A stretch of DNA of 64,000 bases, from positions 100,488 through 164,487 of the forward strand of contig QKEV01000017.1 in assembly GCA_003252295.1 (NCBI GenBank), read 5' to 3'. This stretch comes from a bacterium (GTDB lineage: Bacteria; Patescibacteriota; Minisyncoccia; Phycocordibacterales; UBA12088). How positions within the stretch are numbered: position 1 is the stretch's first letter; each line of letters starts with the position of its first letter. The notes under the pieces are model-generated. The model made no database searches, had not been told where the DNA came from, and saw only the letters and a list, made by a program, of their open reading frames with translations. The position numbers were made by a program, and so were the translations under genes. This document shows positions 37,703 to 47,630 of this stretch, one piece after another.

Positions 37703-38719
37703 TTACAGAAGGTTGTCTTGTTGTGGGTACTCGATGTTAAGGTGAGCATACCCATGTGGTGTGACTACTCTCCCTCTTGGTGTTCGTTCAAGAAGTCCTG
37801 ATCGGATAAGGTACGGTTCGTACACTTCTTCTATGGTAGCTTCTTCTTCTGCTGTTGCCGCAGCCAAGGTGCTCAATCCAACAGGTCCCCCGTTAAATTT
37901 TTCAATAATCGTACTTAAGAGGTGTCTATCGGTGTACTGTAGACCGAGTGCGTCATAGCCAAGGTTGTTGAGAGACTCATGAATAAGTTCTTTTGAAAAA
38001 TCTCTCTTGTGTACCTGTGCATAGTCTCTACATCGTTTAAGGAGATAGTTAGCGGTTCTCGGAGTAAAACGACTTCGTTCAGCTATAGCGTAGGCAGCTT
38101 CTTTCTGTATGGGAACATTGAGAATTCCTGCAGAACGTTCAATAATTTTTGCAATCTCTTCATTGTTATAGAACTCAAGTCGAAATACTCCTCCAGAAAA
38201 ACGACTACGGAGTGGAGCAGAGAGTAGGGCGATACGGGTGGTAGCTGCAACAAGGGTAAATGGTGGAAGTTCAAGTTGTATGGTGCGCGCCGAAGGACCT
38301 TTTCCAATAATAATATCTAATACCCCAGATTCGAGTGCAGGGTAGAGTACCTCCTCTATGGACTTGTTGAGCCGGTGTATCTCATCAACAAACAGTATGT
38401 CATGTTTTCCTAGGTTGGTGAGTATTGCTGCAAGATCTCCGACGCGTTCAATAGCAGGACCTGAGGTTACCTTCATGGCAGAACCCAAGTCTGAAGCAAT
38501 AAGGTGTGCCAACGTTGTCTTTCCGAGACCAGGAGGACCGTAAAGGAGAAGGTGTTCTGGTGAATGACCACGTTCACGTGCAGCGTGGAGTAGTACCTGG
38601 AGGTTGTTCTTCACGTTCTCCTGTCCTATGTATTCGTTCCATTTGTCGGGGCGCAGTGTTTTATCGAGCCACTGATCTGGAGCATCACTTTTTTTATCAC
38701 TATTTGAATGACTTGACAT
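37703..38719 (-). CDS. ruvB: Holliday junction branch-migration ATPase RuvB
   Basis: Walker A (LLYGPPGLGKTTLAHLIA), Walker B (ILFVDEIHRL), winged-helix C-terminus. Confidence 0.9.
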   Translation of the reverse strand: MSSHSNSDKKSDAPDQWLDKTLRPDKWNEYIGQENVKNNLQVLLHAARERGHSPEHLLLYGPPGLGKTTLAHLIASDLGSAMKVTSGPAIERVGDLAAILTNLGKHDILFVDEIHRLNKSIEEVLYPALESGVLDIIIGKGPSARTIQLELPPFTLVAATTRIALLSAPLRSRFSGGVFRLEFYNNEEIAKIIERSAGILNVPIQKEAAYAIAERSRFTPRTANYLLKRCRDYAQVHKRDFSKELIHESLNNLGYDALGLQYTDRHLLSTIIEKFNGGPVGLSTLAAATAEEEATIEEVYEPYLIRSGLLERTPRGRVVTPHGYAHLNIEYPQQDNLL

Positions 38720-39075
38720 ATTATTATGTATGTGCTACACTCTTCTGCGAGTTAGACATACTGTTATTTAAACATATTTATTCGGGATATAAACCCCCGA
38801 CACGACAGAACCATGCTTGCATGGTAACGCGCACCAGGCGAGGACTCTTTGGTGCCACCTATCTTGAGGATATACCCTGTGTATGTGTTCAAGATAGGTG
38901 GTGAGCTGGAGTACTCCTTAGCTAGGAAGCCGCATTTATTTTTTTAAATGTGTCATGTCAGGGGTTTGTGTCCCGAGTTTTTTTGTTTCTGTTCCTACTT
39001 CACTAAAGTTTCGTAGGACACGGTAAAGTTATAGTAGGGCAAAGCAAAAAAATTCACCAAGTAAATAATCCTCAG

Positions 39076-40755
39076 CTAGTCGTCGTAAATAGTTTCGCCT
39101 AATACTCGTCGCACCTCATCAAGTGAGGTGACACCGTTGAGTGCCTTGAGCACAGCATCCTCACGCATTGAAAGAAAACCTTGCTGTTTTCGTGCCTCAT
39201 CTTCAAGTTCTCGTGTGGTGAGGTTGTCTCGTATTGCCTGTTCAATATCTCTTGTTGAGAATACGGTCTCGTATACACCAACACGTCCCTTGTAGCAGAA
39301 ATTTGTTTCCTCTTCTGGAATCCAAACGTAGTCAATGTTTTGAGGTATGAGTGATTTATCATGAACAAGGTTGAGTATTTTTTCAACAAACTCCCTATCT
39401 TTTCCTTCAAGAGGAATCTTCTTACTTTTTTCTGGAACTAGTCGTCGCACAAGACGTTGTGCCATAACAGCGTTCACTGCTGAACCAGCCATACTTGGTT
39501 GGATGTTCATGTCGATGAGGCGGGGGAATGCACCTGCTGCATTATTGGTGTGGAGTGTTGAGAACACAAGGTGACCAGTGAGGGCAGCATGAATAGCAGT
39601 GCTTGCAACTTCTTCATCTCGAATCTCACCAACCATAATGATATCAGGATCTTGTCGGAGTGCACTTCGAAGTCCTGAAGCAAAGGTGTAGTTTTTATGA
39701 TCTACCTGTGTCTGTACGATGCCGTCAAGGTGGTACTCGATAGGGTCCTCAATGGTAAGAATTTTTATCCCTGGTGTCACCACGCGTTTGAGGAAGGCGT
39801 AGAGGGTGGTTGTTTTTCCTGAGCCGGTAGGTCCAGTGTTCAAGATCATACCGTTTGGTTTACGTATCTCTACCATGAGTTTCTCGAGGAGCTCTGGCTT
39901 AATACCGAGTTCTTCAAGCGGAAGACCAATAGAGTATGGGTCAAGGAGACGAAGTACGATAGTTTCTCCATTTCCTTCTGGAAGAACTGAGGTACGAAGT
40001 TCAATCTCTTTTTCACCAATAATGAGGCTGAAACGACCATCTTGAGGTGCGTTTTTTATATTTATCTTAAGTCCTGAGAGGAGTTTGATTCGCGTGAGAG
40101 CAGAATCATATGTTTCTTTATCAAGTGTTGTTATTTCAACAAGTACACCGTCAAGACGGAAGCGTATCATGACATCCTCATCGCGAGGTTCAAAATGTAC
40201 ATCAGAAGCATCGTTTGAGAGTGCACCAGCAATAATAACTTCGAGTACTCGTGAGGTGCGATACTGTCGCTCCATTTCAAGTGCTCCTTTGATGGCACCA
40301 CGAACCCGTTCAACAGTTGTAAGTTTTCCTTGGAGGTTTTGTACTTCTTCATTTGAAATATTTAGAACACCGTAGCTTGATTCAACAGCGAGAGAAAGAT
40401 CTTTGTAGTGTGACCAAGCATGTTCAAGTGAGGCGAGACTTACCATGTGAGGTATGACCTTGTAACCCATTTCTTCTATATTCCTGATAGCTTTCTGTGT
40501 TACCGCTGAGTTTGGTGTACGGAGTGCAAGAGCAATAGTGTTGCCTTGCATTTGGAATGCAGCCACTTCCGCATCGTGGGCATCTTTTTCTGAAACAATA
40601 CGAAGCGCTTTTGTGCTTATCTCTGCAGTCTGTAGGTTGATATATTTTAAACCGTATTTTTTTGAGAGTATGGTAACGAGATCCTCCTCTTCTTTTTTTC
40701 GGAGCTCTTCTAACTTCTCCTTCGATGTTTCGTTTAGTGCTGTCATATGTACCAC
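39076..40755 (-). CDS. pilB: PilB/GspE-family type IV pilus / type II secretion ATPase
   Basis: Walker A (ILNTGPTGSGKTTTLYAFL), Asp box, Walker B, and His box (GHLVFSTLHTNNAAGAFPRLIDM). 559 aa. Confidence 0.85.
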   Translation of the reverse strand: MVHMTALNETSKEKLEELRKKEEEDLVTILSKKYGLKYINLQTAEISTKALRIVSEKDAHDAEVAAFQMQGNTIALALRTPNSAVTQKAIRNIEEMGYKVIPHMVSLASLEHAWSHYKDLSLAVESSYGVLNISNEEVQNLQGKLTTVERVRGAIKGALEMERQYRTSRVLEVIIAGALSNDASDVHFEPRDEDVMIRFRLDGVLVEITTLDKETYDSALTRIKLLSGLKINIKNAPQDGRFSLIIGEKEIELRTSVLPEGNGETIVLRLLDPYSIGLPLEELGIKPELLEKLMVEIRKPNGMILNTGPTGSGKTTTLYAFLKRVVTPGIKILTIEDPIEYHLDGIVQTQVDHKNYTFASGLRSALRQDPDIIMVGEIRDEEVASTAIHAALTGHLVFSTLHTNNAAGAFPRLIDMNIQPSMAGSAVNAVMAQRLVRRLVPEKSKKIPLEGKDREFVEKILNLVHDKSLIPQNIDYVWIPEEETNFCYKGRVGVYETVFSTRDIEQAIRDNLTTRELEDEARKQQGFLSMREDAVLKALNGVTSLDEVRRVLGETIYDD

Positions 40756-40876
40756 CTATTGTATCGTTTTTTGCATGGTAAGCGAAATAAGAAGACAACA
40801 GTATCCGTAAAAACATCACAGTACCCACTGTGTGTCTGTCGGGGTTTTTAGTAAGTGCGTGTATAATAGTGTCACT

Positions 40877-41359
40877 ATGAAGGAGGTACTAACGCGTGCG
40901 CCAAACGAAACTGAAAGACTTGCGGCACATATCGTGTTTCATTTAAAAGGTGACGGTAGGGAAGAGCGAGGCACGAGTACTATTGTTGCACTACAGGGGA
41001 ACTTAGGAGCAGGAAAAACAGTGTTTGTGAAAGGTGCTGCGGAGAGTTTAGGAATAGACGATACTATAACGAGTCCAACATTCGTCATCGTTAAAATGTA
41101 TCCAATCGGTATTGATGTGCCATGGAAGCAGTTAGTACACATTGACGCATATCGTCTTGAGAGTGAAAAAGAACTCAACAGTATAGATTGGAAAACACTT
41201 GCCTCAGATCCTAAAAACCTGATTTTTATAGAATGGCCTGAACAGGTGGGACTCGGTGTACCTGAACGCGCATTGTGGCTCGAGTTTGAAGCGGTTGATG
41301 AGGATACTCGTAAAATTGTCTTACCAGATACCGTGTCTTTACCTGAACACTTCGTATAG
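40877..41359 (+). CDS. tsaE: tRNA threonylcarbamoyladenosine biosynthesis protein TsaE
   Basis: LQGNLGAGKTVFVKGAAESLGI...SPTFVIV. The start was chosen at the internal ATG. The ORF track begins at GTG 40832. Confidence 0.75.
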   Translation: MKEVLTRAPNETERLAAHIVFHLKGDGREERGTSTIVALQGNLGAGKTVFVKGAAESLGIDDTITSPTFVIVKMYPIGIDVPWKQLVHIDAYRLESEKELNSIDWKTLASDPKNLIFIEWPEQVGLGVPERALWLEFEAVDEDTRKIVLPDTVSLPEHFV

Positions 41360-41418
41360 CTCATATTGCACACTTTGTGAAGTTGTAGAGGGGACGTTCA
41401 ACCTGTACCGTAGAAAGT

Positions 41419-43779
41419 ATGAAAAAAGATGCAAAGAAACAGCGTGTTGTCCTTCTCGATACGCACGCAATCTTGTATCGTGCGTACCATGCGCTACCTG
41501 ATTTTACTTCACCAAAGGGAGCTCCAACAGGAGCACTCTATGGACTCACTGCGTTTCTCATAAAGATCTTACATGAACTCGATCCTGATTATGTGGTGGC
41601 AGCGTATGACCTACCCGAACCAACACACAGACATGAAGCTTTCTCTGAGTATAAAGCGACACGTAAGGAGACAGATGATGCACTTATCCAGCAGATCATT
41701 GCATCTCGTAGCATACTTGAAGCGTTCTCTGTTCCATACATTGAGGCTCCTGGATATGAAGCAGATGATGTTATTGGTACGCTCGCAAAAACATTTAAAA
41801 AAGATAAGGATGTTGAGGTACTTATTGCCTCAGGTGATATGGATACCTTGCAGTTGGTGGATGGTGATAAGGTGAAGGTATACACCCTTAAGAAGGGAAT
41901 AAATGACACTATTGTTTACAATGAAGCAGCAGTGAAGGAACGCTATGGTTTCGGTCCTGAGTTCATTACTGACTATAAAGGTCTTCGAGGCGACCCGTCA
42001 GACAATATTCCTGGTATTCGTGGGATAGGAGAAAAAACAGCAACAACACTCATAACGAGTTTTGGTGATCTGGACGGTATCTATACCACACTTGAGAAAC
42101 ATCCTGAAAAATTCAAAGAGGTAAAAATAACACCACGCATCATGAATCTCCTTACTGAAGGTGAGGATGATGCCCGTTTCAGTAAAGAGCTTGCAACTAT
42201 TGATTGTGATGTTGAAGTAAAGAAACCACCTCTTACAAAGCGATGGGAAGAGAGTATGGTGCTTGAAAATATTCTTACACAATTTGAAGAGTTTGGTTTT
42301 AGGACACTTGCTGGACGCTTGAGTAATCGATTAGCTTCTACAGGAACTACGACAATGGAAAAAGAGGAAAAGGTGGATGAACAGACACTTGAGGAGACTG
42401 CACTCATGCTTTGGGTGTTGCGTAGTGATATCACTACGCCAACAAAAGAGGATGTTTTAGGGTACGCAAACACAACCTCGTTTATAAAAGCGAGAGAACT
42501 ACTCTTCAAAGAGCTAGAGGAGAATGGTTTGCGGGAGGTGTATGAAAACATTGAATTACCGCTCATACCTATTGTAAAGAAAATGGAGAAACGAGGCATA
42601 CTACTCGATGTCGCGTACCTCGAGAAACTTTCAAAACAGTACCATAAGGAACTTACTGCACTTGAAAAAGGAATCTTTAAAGACACAGGGACAGAGTTTA
42701 ACATCAACTCTCCAAAGCAGCTCGGAGAGGTGCTCTTCGATACACTTGGTATTGGCGGCGGGAAAGGGAAGAAAACAGCTACCGGTCAACGATCAACCCG
42801 TGAAGATGAGTTGAGGAAGTATGAGCAGGAGCATCCTGTCATCACCAAGATACTCGAATACCGTGAGCTCCAGAAACTGCTCTCTACCTACGTAGACAAT
42901 CTGCCAACTATGACCGATGCCGATAATCGGCTCCATGCTCATTTCTTACAGTCAGGTACCACGACTGGTCGTATGTCGAGCTCTGCACCAAACATGCAAA
43001 ACATTCCTATTCGCACCGAGCGTGGCGCTAAGATGCGAAATGCTATAACTGTGTCAAAAGGGTATACACTCTTGGCTGCTGACTACTCACAGATCGAGCT
43101 GCGTGTCGCAGCATTCATATCAGGTGACGAGAAGCTTATTGCTTACTTCAAAGAGAACCTTGATATTCATACCGCTGTTGCAGCGCAGGTGTTTGGTGTT
43201 GAACATGATGAGGTAACATCACAGATGCGACGTGATGCAAAAGCGATAAACTTCGGCATCCTCTATGGTATGGGTGCAAATGCACTTGCAGCTTCGACAG
43301 GTACGACACCGAAAGAAGCGCGCACGTACCTCAATGAGTACTTCGATCGTTTCTCCGGAATAGCGCAGTTCATTGAAGATACCAAGAACAAGGTGCACCG
43401 TGATGGATATACGGAAACCTGGTTTGGTAGGAGGCGTTACTTTGAGACCATCACCTCACCACTGCCGTATGTGCGTGCACAAGCGGAACGCATGGCACTG
43501 AACGCCCCGATACAGGGAACCTCTGCCGATATTATTAAGATTGCCATGAAGCGCATGGATGATCTCTTGGTGCAGAAGAAGCTCCAGAACAGTGTATTTC
43601 TTGTAGCACAGGTCCACGATGAACTACTCTACGAGGTGCGAGACGATAAGGTGCTCGAGGTACAGGAGCTTCTACGTGAGACAATGGAGTCAGCTATGGA
43701 TTTGAAGGATACGAAAGGAGTACCGCTCAAGGTTGATGTCGAGATTGGTCCAAACTGGGGAGAAATGAAAAAAGTCTAG
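41419..43779 (+). CDS. polA: DNA polymerase I (5'-3' exonuclease + polymerase; no obvious 3'-5' exonuclease motifs)
   Basis: N-terminal 5' nuclease domain, motif A (LLAADYSQIELRV), motif B (RRDAKAINFGILYGMG), motif C (VHDELLYE). Confidence 0.9.
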   Translation: MKKDAKKQRVVLLDTHAILYRAYHALPDFTSPKGAPTGALYGLTAFLIKILHELDPDYVVAAYDLPEPTHRHEAFSEYKATRKETDDALIQQIIASRSILEAFSVPYIEAPGYEADDVIGTLAKTFKKDKDVEVLIASGDMDTLQLVDGDKVKVYTLKKGINDTIVYNEAAVKERYGFGPEFITDYKGLRGDPSDNIPGIRGIGEKTATTLITSFGDLDGIYTTLEKHPEKFKEVKITPRIMNLLTEGEDDARFSKELATIDCDVEVKKPPLTKRWEESMVLENILTQFEEFGFRTLAGRLSNRLASTGTTTMEKEEKVDEQTLEETALMLWVLRSDITTPTKEDVLGYANTTSFIKARELLFKELEENGLREVYENIELPLIPIVKKMEKRGILLDVAYLEKLSKQYHKELTALEKGIFKDTGTEFNINSPKQLGEVLFDTLGIGGGKGKKTATGQRSTREDELRKYEQEHPVITKILEYRELQKLLSTYVDNLPTMTDADNRLHAHFLQSGTTTGRMSSSAPNMQNIPIRTERGAKMRNAITVSKGYTLLAADYSQIELRVAAFISGDEKLIAYFKENLDIHTAVAAQVFGVEHDEVTSQMRRDAKAINFGILYGMGANALAASTGTTPKEARTYLNEYFDRFSGIAQFIEDTKNKVHRDGYTETWFGRRRYFETITSPLPYVRAQAERMALNAPIQGTSADIIKIAMKRMDDLLVQKKLQNSVFLVAQVHDELLYEVRDDKVLEVQELLRETMESAMDLKDTKGVPLKVDVEIGPNWGEMKKV

Positions 43780-43780
43780 T

Positions 43781-44497
43781 ATGCTTTTTGTGATTCATGG
43801 TACTGATAACGTGAAGGTTGCAGACAAGACTGCTAAGTTGGTTGCATCATTGCTTTCAAAAAAACCTGACGCACAGGTATTCTACTTTGATGATGGAGAA
43901 CTGGAGGAAGCAGAGCTCGATGCACTCACTGGTGCACAAGGTTTGTTTGTAGAAAAGCATATTGTTGTTTTGAAGCAACCATTCATAAACGAACAAGCGA
44001 AAGAGGTGGTGCTCAAACGGTTACCTCTTTTCAAAGCGTCGCAAAACATCATTGTGCTTGCAGAAGGGAAACTGCTTGCTGCTGATAAGAAGAAGCTTGA
44101 GAAGCATGCTGAAAAAATTGAAGAGCATGAAGCGGTGAAGGAGAAAGCAGTCGCACCGTTCAATGTGTTTGCTCTTGGGGACGCACTTGGTGTGCGGGAT
44201 AAACGTGGCTTGTGGACGCTCTATGTTCAGGCCCTACGGGCAGGATTAGAAGTGCAGAGTGTACACGGCACCCTGCACTGGGCTGTGCGCTCCTTGCTTG
44301 CAGCACAACATGCCGCTGTGCCGGAGGAAGCAGGTCAGAAACCGTTCATGTACTCGAAGTATAAGCGGTACCTTGCAAACTACAGTACTCATGAGGTGCA
44401 AGAACTCTCGCATGACCTCATACGTCTCTACCATGATGCACGGAGGGGGAAGGGTGACCTCAAGGTTACCCTTGAACGATGGATACTCACACTGTAG
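43781..44497 (+). CDS. Hypothetical protein, possibly DNA polymerase III delta-subunit-like (HolA)
   Basis: MLFVIHGTDNVKVADKTAKLVASLL resembles the HolA N-terminus. Translationally coupled to polA. Confidence 0.3.
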   Translation: MLFVIHGTDNVKVADKTAKLVASLLSKKPDAQVFYFDDGELEEAELDALTGAQGLFVEKHIVVLKQPFINEQAKEVVLKRLPLFKASQNIIVLAEGKLLAADKKKLEKHAEKIEEHEAVKEKAVAPFNVFALGDALGVRDKRGLWTLYVQALRAGLEVQSVHGTLHWAVRSLLAAQHAAVPEEAGQKPFMYSKYKRYLANYSTHEVQELSHDLIRLYHDARRGKGDLKVTLERWILTL

Positions 44498-44875
44498 GTA
44501 TATAATTAATTACATACCTAATTATATACCTGCTCCTGTGTAAAAATCAAATCTTGACCCAGAAGGTGTTTTCGGGTTTTATAGTGTCAGACAGAGGGAT
44601 TTTTAATAACATAACCAGGGAGGAATGACTGTGGAAAAGGGGGATCCAGCAAAACTCATACCTATTGGCGATATCAAAGAATTACCTCATGGGGACAGGA
44701 TATTTCTGCATGAGCAGGGAGTGAGTCTAGGTTACTTTGAATCAGTAACCGATTCATTTGTTGTTCGGGGCGCTTGAAGTGAACAAGCACTTTACCGCGG
44801 TCGCGGTACGATACTGCGCTTATGGGATAAGATTCCTGGAACCGGTCTTGTGACCAATGCATAACACTCTGTGTA

Positions 44876-44908
44876 ACGCACTGCCTCATGGGCAGTGCGT
44901 ACTCTTTT
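44876..44908 (+). terminator. Rho-independent terminator
   Basis: acgcactgcc-tcat-gggcagtgcgt is a 10-bp stem followed by actcttttgcattgactttttg. Confidence 0.5.
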
Positions 44909-44990
44909 GCATTGACTTTTTGATATTTTACTGTTTTATGGTGTCAGGTTGAAACAGTGAAAGTGAATAATAAAAAGGGGAGGAAAAAGG

Positions 44991-45560
44991 ATGATTCAGG
45001 AAAAAGATGTACAGATTGTGCAAGATATTCTGGATACTGCGTCACAGCTGTTTGATACTGATTGGAGGAAGTTTGCTTCCGGGATAGTTTTGAATGATGG
45101 TAATGCGCGAAAGTATCAAGGTTTTTTTGCTTGCTGTGTTGAGGTACCACTCTTTGAAGGTGAAGAGTCAGAGAGGTTTTGCCTCGACCCGGTAGGTATG
45201 TTGCCGGACTTCTATGTGTCTACAAACACGCTCGATACCAAGTTTGATATCTTAACCTACAACCAGCTGTTTCTCTGCAGTATGGAAGGACGTGACCCGT
45301 TAAAAGGCCGTTGGGGTGGGGCAGTACGTTCTTACGTAAATCCCAGAAAAAGGTACGGAGGTACAGGGTTGCCGGAGACGGTAGATAACCTTACTATTGC
45401 TGGCAATATGTTTCGATACAAGGAGTTGACGCAAGCTGTGTATGAGTATGTAGTCGGATGGAAATCCCCTCATGTGCAGGCAGCATGTTTGTACGTTGGT
45501 ATGGAGCAAGAGGGTTACACTGCTCTCAGGAACTACATCGAACGTCTCACAATCAAGTAA
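44991..45560 (+). CDS. Hypothetical protein
   Basis: 189-aa ORF preceded by GGGGAGG. No recognisable motif. Confidence 0.45.
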   Translation: MIQEKDVQIVQDILDTASQLFDTDWRKFASGIVLNDGNARKYQGFFACCVEVPLFEGEESERFCLDPVGMLPDFYVSTNTLDTKFDILTYNQLFLCSMEGRDPLKGRWGGAVRSYVNPRKRYGGTGLPETVDNLTIAGNMFRYKELTQAVYEYVVGWKSPHVQAACLYVGMEQEGYTALRNYIERLTIK

Positions 45561-45581
45561 CTTTGTTGCCAGAGAGGTAAC

Positions 45582-45619
45582 AACACGCACTGTCTTTCGA
45601 TGGTGCGTGTTTTGTTTTT
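45582..45619 (+). terminator. Rho-independent terminator
   Basis: aacacgcac-(12-nt loop)-gtgcgtgtt followed by ttgttttt. Confidence 0.45.
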
Positions 45620-45650
45620 GAGAAGGAGGTGTGGTGATAGTATTTAAAAT

Positions 45651-46454
45651 ATGGAAGAACAAGAAAACAATGTAAACTCTCTGCAAACTGAAAAGCAAAA
45701 CGCTTTCAATACTGTGACACCACTATCAAGAACTTTGGCACTGGTGCTTTTTGTTGCACTGCCGTTTGTCGGGTTCTGGTTGGGGTATAGATTTGCACCA
45801 GAGAAGGTGGTGGAGATAGAAAAACTTACCGAGAAAACTGATGTTGTTCAAAATGAAGAAAATATAGTTACGTATGAAGAATGTGCTGGTATGGGTGGTG
45901 CAATTAATAATCTTACTAATGACTGTTGGGTAAATGGCGAGATAATTAAAACACCTTACAGCCGTAAACTTGATGAGAATTCTGATACACACAAAAATCT
46001 TTTGACGTTAGATGATGTTTTTGCTCTTATAGAGCTCGCACAAGTAACAGGTGATTATTCTTTATGTGAAAAAACCGAAACCCATCGAAAACGCTGTATA
46101 GCAGAAGTCGAGCTTCAACAAACAATACTACATAACTATGGTTGCAATGATAGTACCTCATGTAACAATCCAGAGTGTTACGCATATATGGGCTGTGGAG
46201 GTGGAGGTGGTGATGATGCTGTAGGGTGTTCAGTCCAAGAATACTGTGCTGTTGATCAATCTTGGTTGTGTGGAAAGACGGGTGGAGTGGGAGGAACAAA
46301 AGATGGTTTTAATTGTGTTTGTCCTGAGGGAAGCAATTTTATAAAAGGGTATGGTTGTGCTAAATGTAGTGATTTTGCACATGAAGAAACACGTTCATAT
46401 TGTGAAAATGGTGTTAGTTATTTCCAGTATCTATATGCAGAAGGAGGGGAGTAG
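45651..46454 (+). CDS. Membrane-anchored Cys/Gly-rich extracellular protein (hypothetical)
   Basis: N-terminal TM (LALVLFVALPFVGFWLGY). C-terminal ~110 aa with ~20 Cys and GGGGG. Confidence 0.45.
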   Translation: MEEQENNVNSLQTEKQNAFNTVTPLSRTLALVLFVALPFVGFWLGYRFAPEKVVEIEKLTEKTDVVQNEENIVTYEECAGMGGAINNLTNDCWVNGEIIKTPYSRKLDENSDTHKNLLTLDDVFALIELAQVTGDYSLCEKTETHRKRCIAEVELQQTILHNYGCNDSTSCNNPECYAYMGCGGGGGDDAVGCSVQEYCAVDQSWLCGKTGGVGGTKDGFNCVCPEGSNFIKGYGCAKCSDFAHEETRSYCENGVSYFQYLYAEGGE

Positions 46455-46462
46455 TTTCCAAT

Positions 46463-46513
46463 TCTAACCAATAGGGATTACTTACAACAACTGTCTGAGC
46501 AGATGCCGTTTGT
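46463..46513 (+). repeat. 93-bp intergenic repeat family, copy A (3' portion only)
   Basis: ttctaaccaatagggattacttacaacaactgtctgagcagatgccgtttgta matches the 3' half of copies C and D. Confidence 0.7.
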
Positions 46514-47310
46514 ACAGTTCCTACACAAAACAGAAATTTAATTGTGATATTATTTTATGTATGGTTAATAAATTCGTATTAAAAGCACCCTATTCACTAT
46601 ACTTGTTTTATGCAGTTTTACTTGGAGCACTTGCTGTGTTTCTTTTTTATGTTGGGGCAATGGAGGGGTTTTATGCTGTCGTGACTTTTGTAATATTTCT
46701 GTTTTTTTTTACAAGTAATGTACAAGTGAAGGTTACAGACACTACACTTGTAATACAAAATAAGTACCGCAGACAGAAAATAATACAATTCAATAACATT
46801 TCCTTGATCAGTCAACTTATGGGAGTGTCGTCACCAGACTATATTCCCATACAAGATGTACCTCAGGGTTTAGCTGTAACGTTAAAAAGTGGTGAAATTG
46901 TTACTATATCTCTCACAATGTACGACATAAAGGACATACATACATTTCTCTCATTACTATCTGGTTTATTACCAGAAAACAGTTTTGATGCAAATATTAA
47001 GAAGGATATTGTTTCAAAAACATACATAAAGGCAAGCAAAAGGGCTGTTTTTGGTATACTGGTGTCAGTGGTTGGGATTGTAGGTTTCTTTATAAGTGGT
47101 AATAAATTAGGTTATTTTGGGAGGAAGATTGTATTTAACTCACTAGATGATGTTATTGCCATAGTTGTTCCCTTGTCTTTTTTGGTTCTGTCGTTTTTTG
47201 GGATTGGTTACATGGTGGAAGGTAAAAAAACAGGAGTTAGACTTATAGAATATTTTCTACTCACTTTTGTCATTTTTGGTCTATTAGGGTGGATGTTTAT
47301 TTGGGATTAA
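46510..47310 (+). CDS. Polytopic membrane protein (hypothetical)
   Basis: 266 aa with at least 5 hydrophobic helices. Confidence 0.45.
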   Translation: MYSSYTKQKFNCDIILCMVNKFVLKAPYSLYLFYAVLLGALAVFLFYVGAMEGFYAVVTFVIFLFFFTSNVQVKVTDTTLVIQNKYRRQKIIQFNNISLISQLMGVSSPDYIPIQDVPQGLAVTLKSGEIVTISLTMYDIKDIHTFLSLLSGLLPENSFDANIKKDIVSKTYIKASKRAVFGILVSVVGIVGFFISGNKLGYFGRKIVFNSLDDVIAIVVPLSFLVLSFFGIGYMVEGKKTGVRLIEYFLLTFVIFGLLGWMFIWD

Positions 47311-47424
47311 TTTGTCCCATTTTCGAAGCCCTTTTGGAGTATGAAGCGGTACTTATAAAAAACTCTGAACACTCCAAACGCCAAAAGAACGCGGAGAATG
47401 GTGGGTTCATATTAAGCAATATAA

Positions 47425-47450
47425 TGTCCCCCGAGCAGGGCGTTATTATA
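47425..47450 (+). repeat. 93-bp repeat family, copy B, 5' segment
   Basis: tgtcccccgagcagggcgttattata is identical to the 5' end of copies C and D. Confidence 0.7.
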
Positions 47451-47525
47451 TGTAACCATATAAACTCCTCAACTCGAAAATACTCAAATCAAAAACTTGA
47501 GTATTTCTCTCGTCCTACGTCGTTT

Positions 47526-47594
47526 ATAACCCTTCTAACCAACAGAGATTACCTACAACAACTGAGTGAACAGATGTTGTTTATTAGGTTTTTG
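47526..47594 (+). repeat. 93-bp repeat family, copy B, 3' segment
   Basis: ataacccttctaaccaacagagattacctacaacaactgagtgaacagatgttgtttattaggtttttg. It is separated from the 5' segment by a 75-bp insertion that carries a 9-bp hairpin. Confidence 0.7.
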
Positions 47595-47630
47595 AATAAA
47601 GAAAGTATAAACAGGTGCTAAAATATAGCA

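Noticed and set aside
38800-38860. RNase P RNA or SRP RNA gene in the pilB-ruvB spacer
   Set aside because: Only short motif matches were found (ACGACAGAACC; CACCAGGCGAGG). A full-length P RNA (~350 nt) would have to overlap the ruvB coding sequence. No CR-I/CR-II P-RNA blocks or SRP domain IV hairpin were found.
47289-47621. ORF 47289..47621 (110 aa, plus strand)
   Set aside because: It spans the split copy B of the 93-bp repeat and the inter-repeat insertion. It starts in the last 22 bp of the preceding membrane-protein gene. It is most likely a spurious ORF through repeat sequence.
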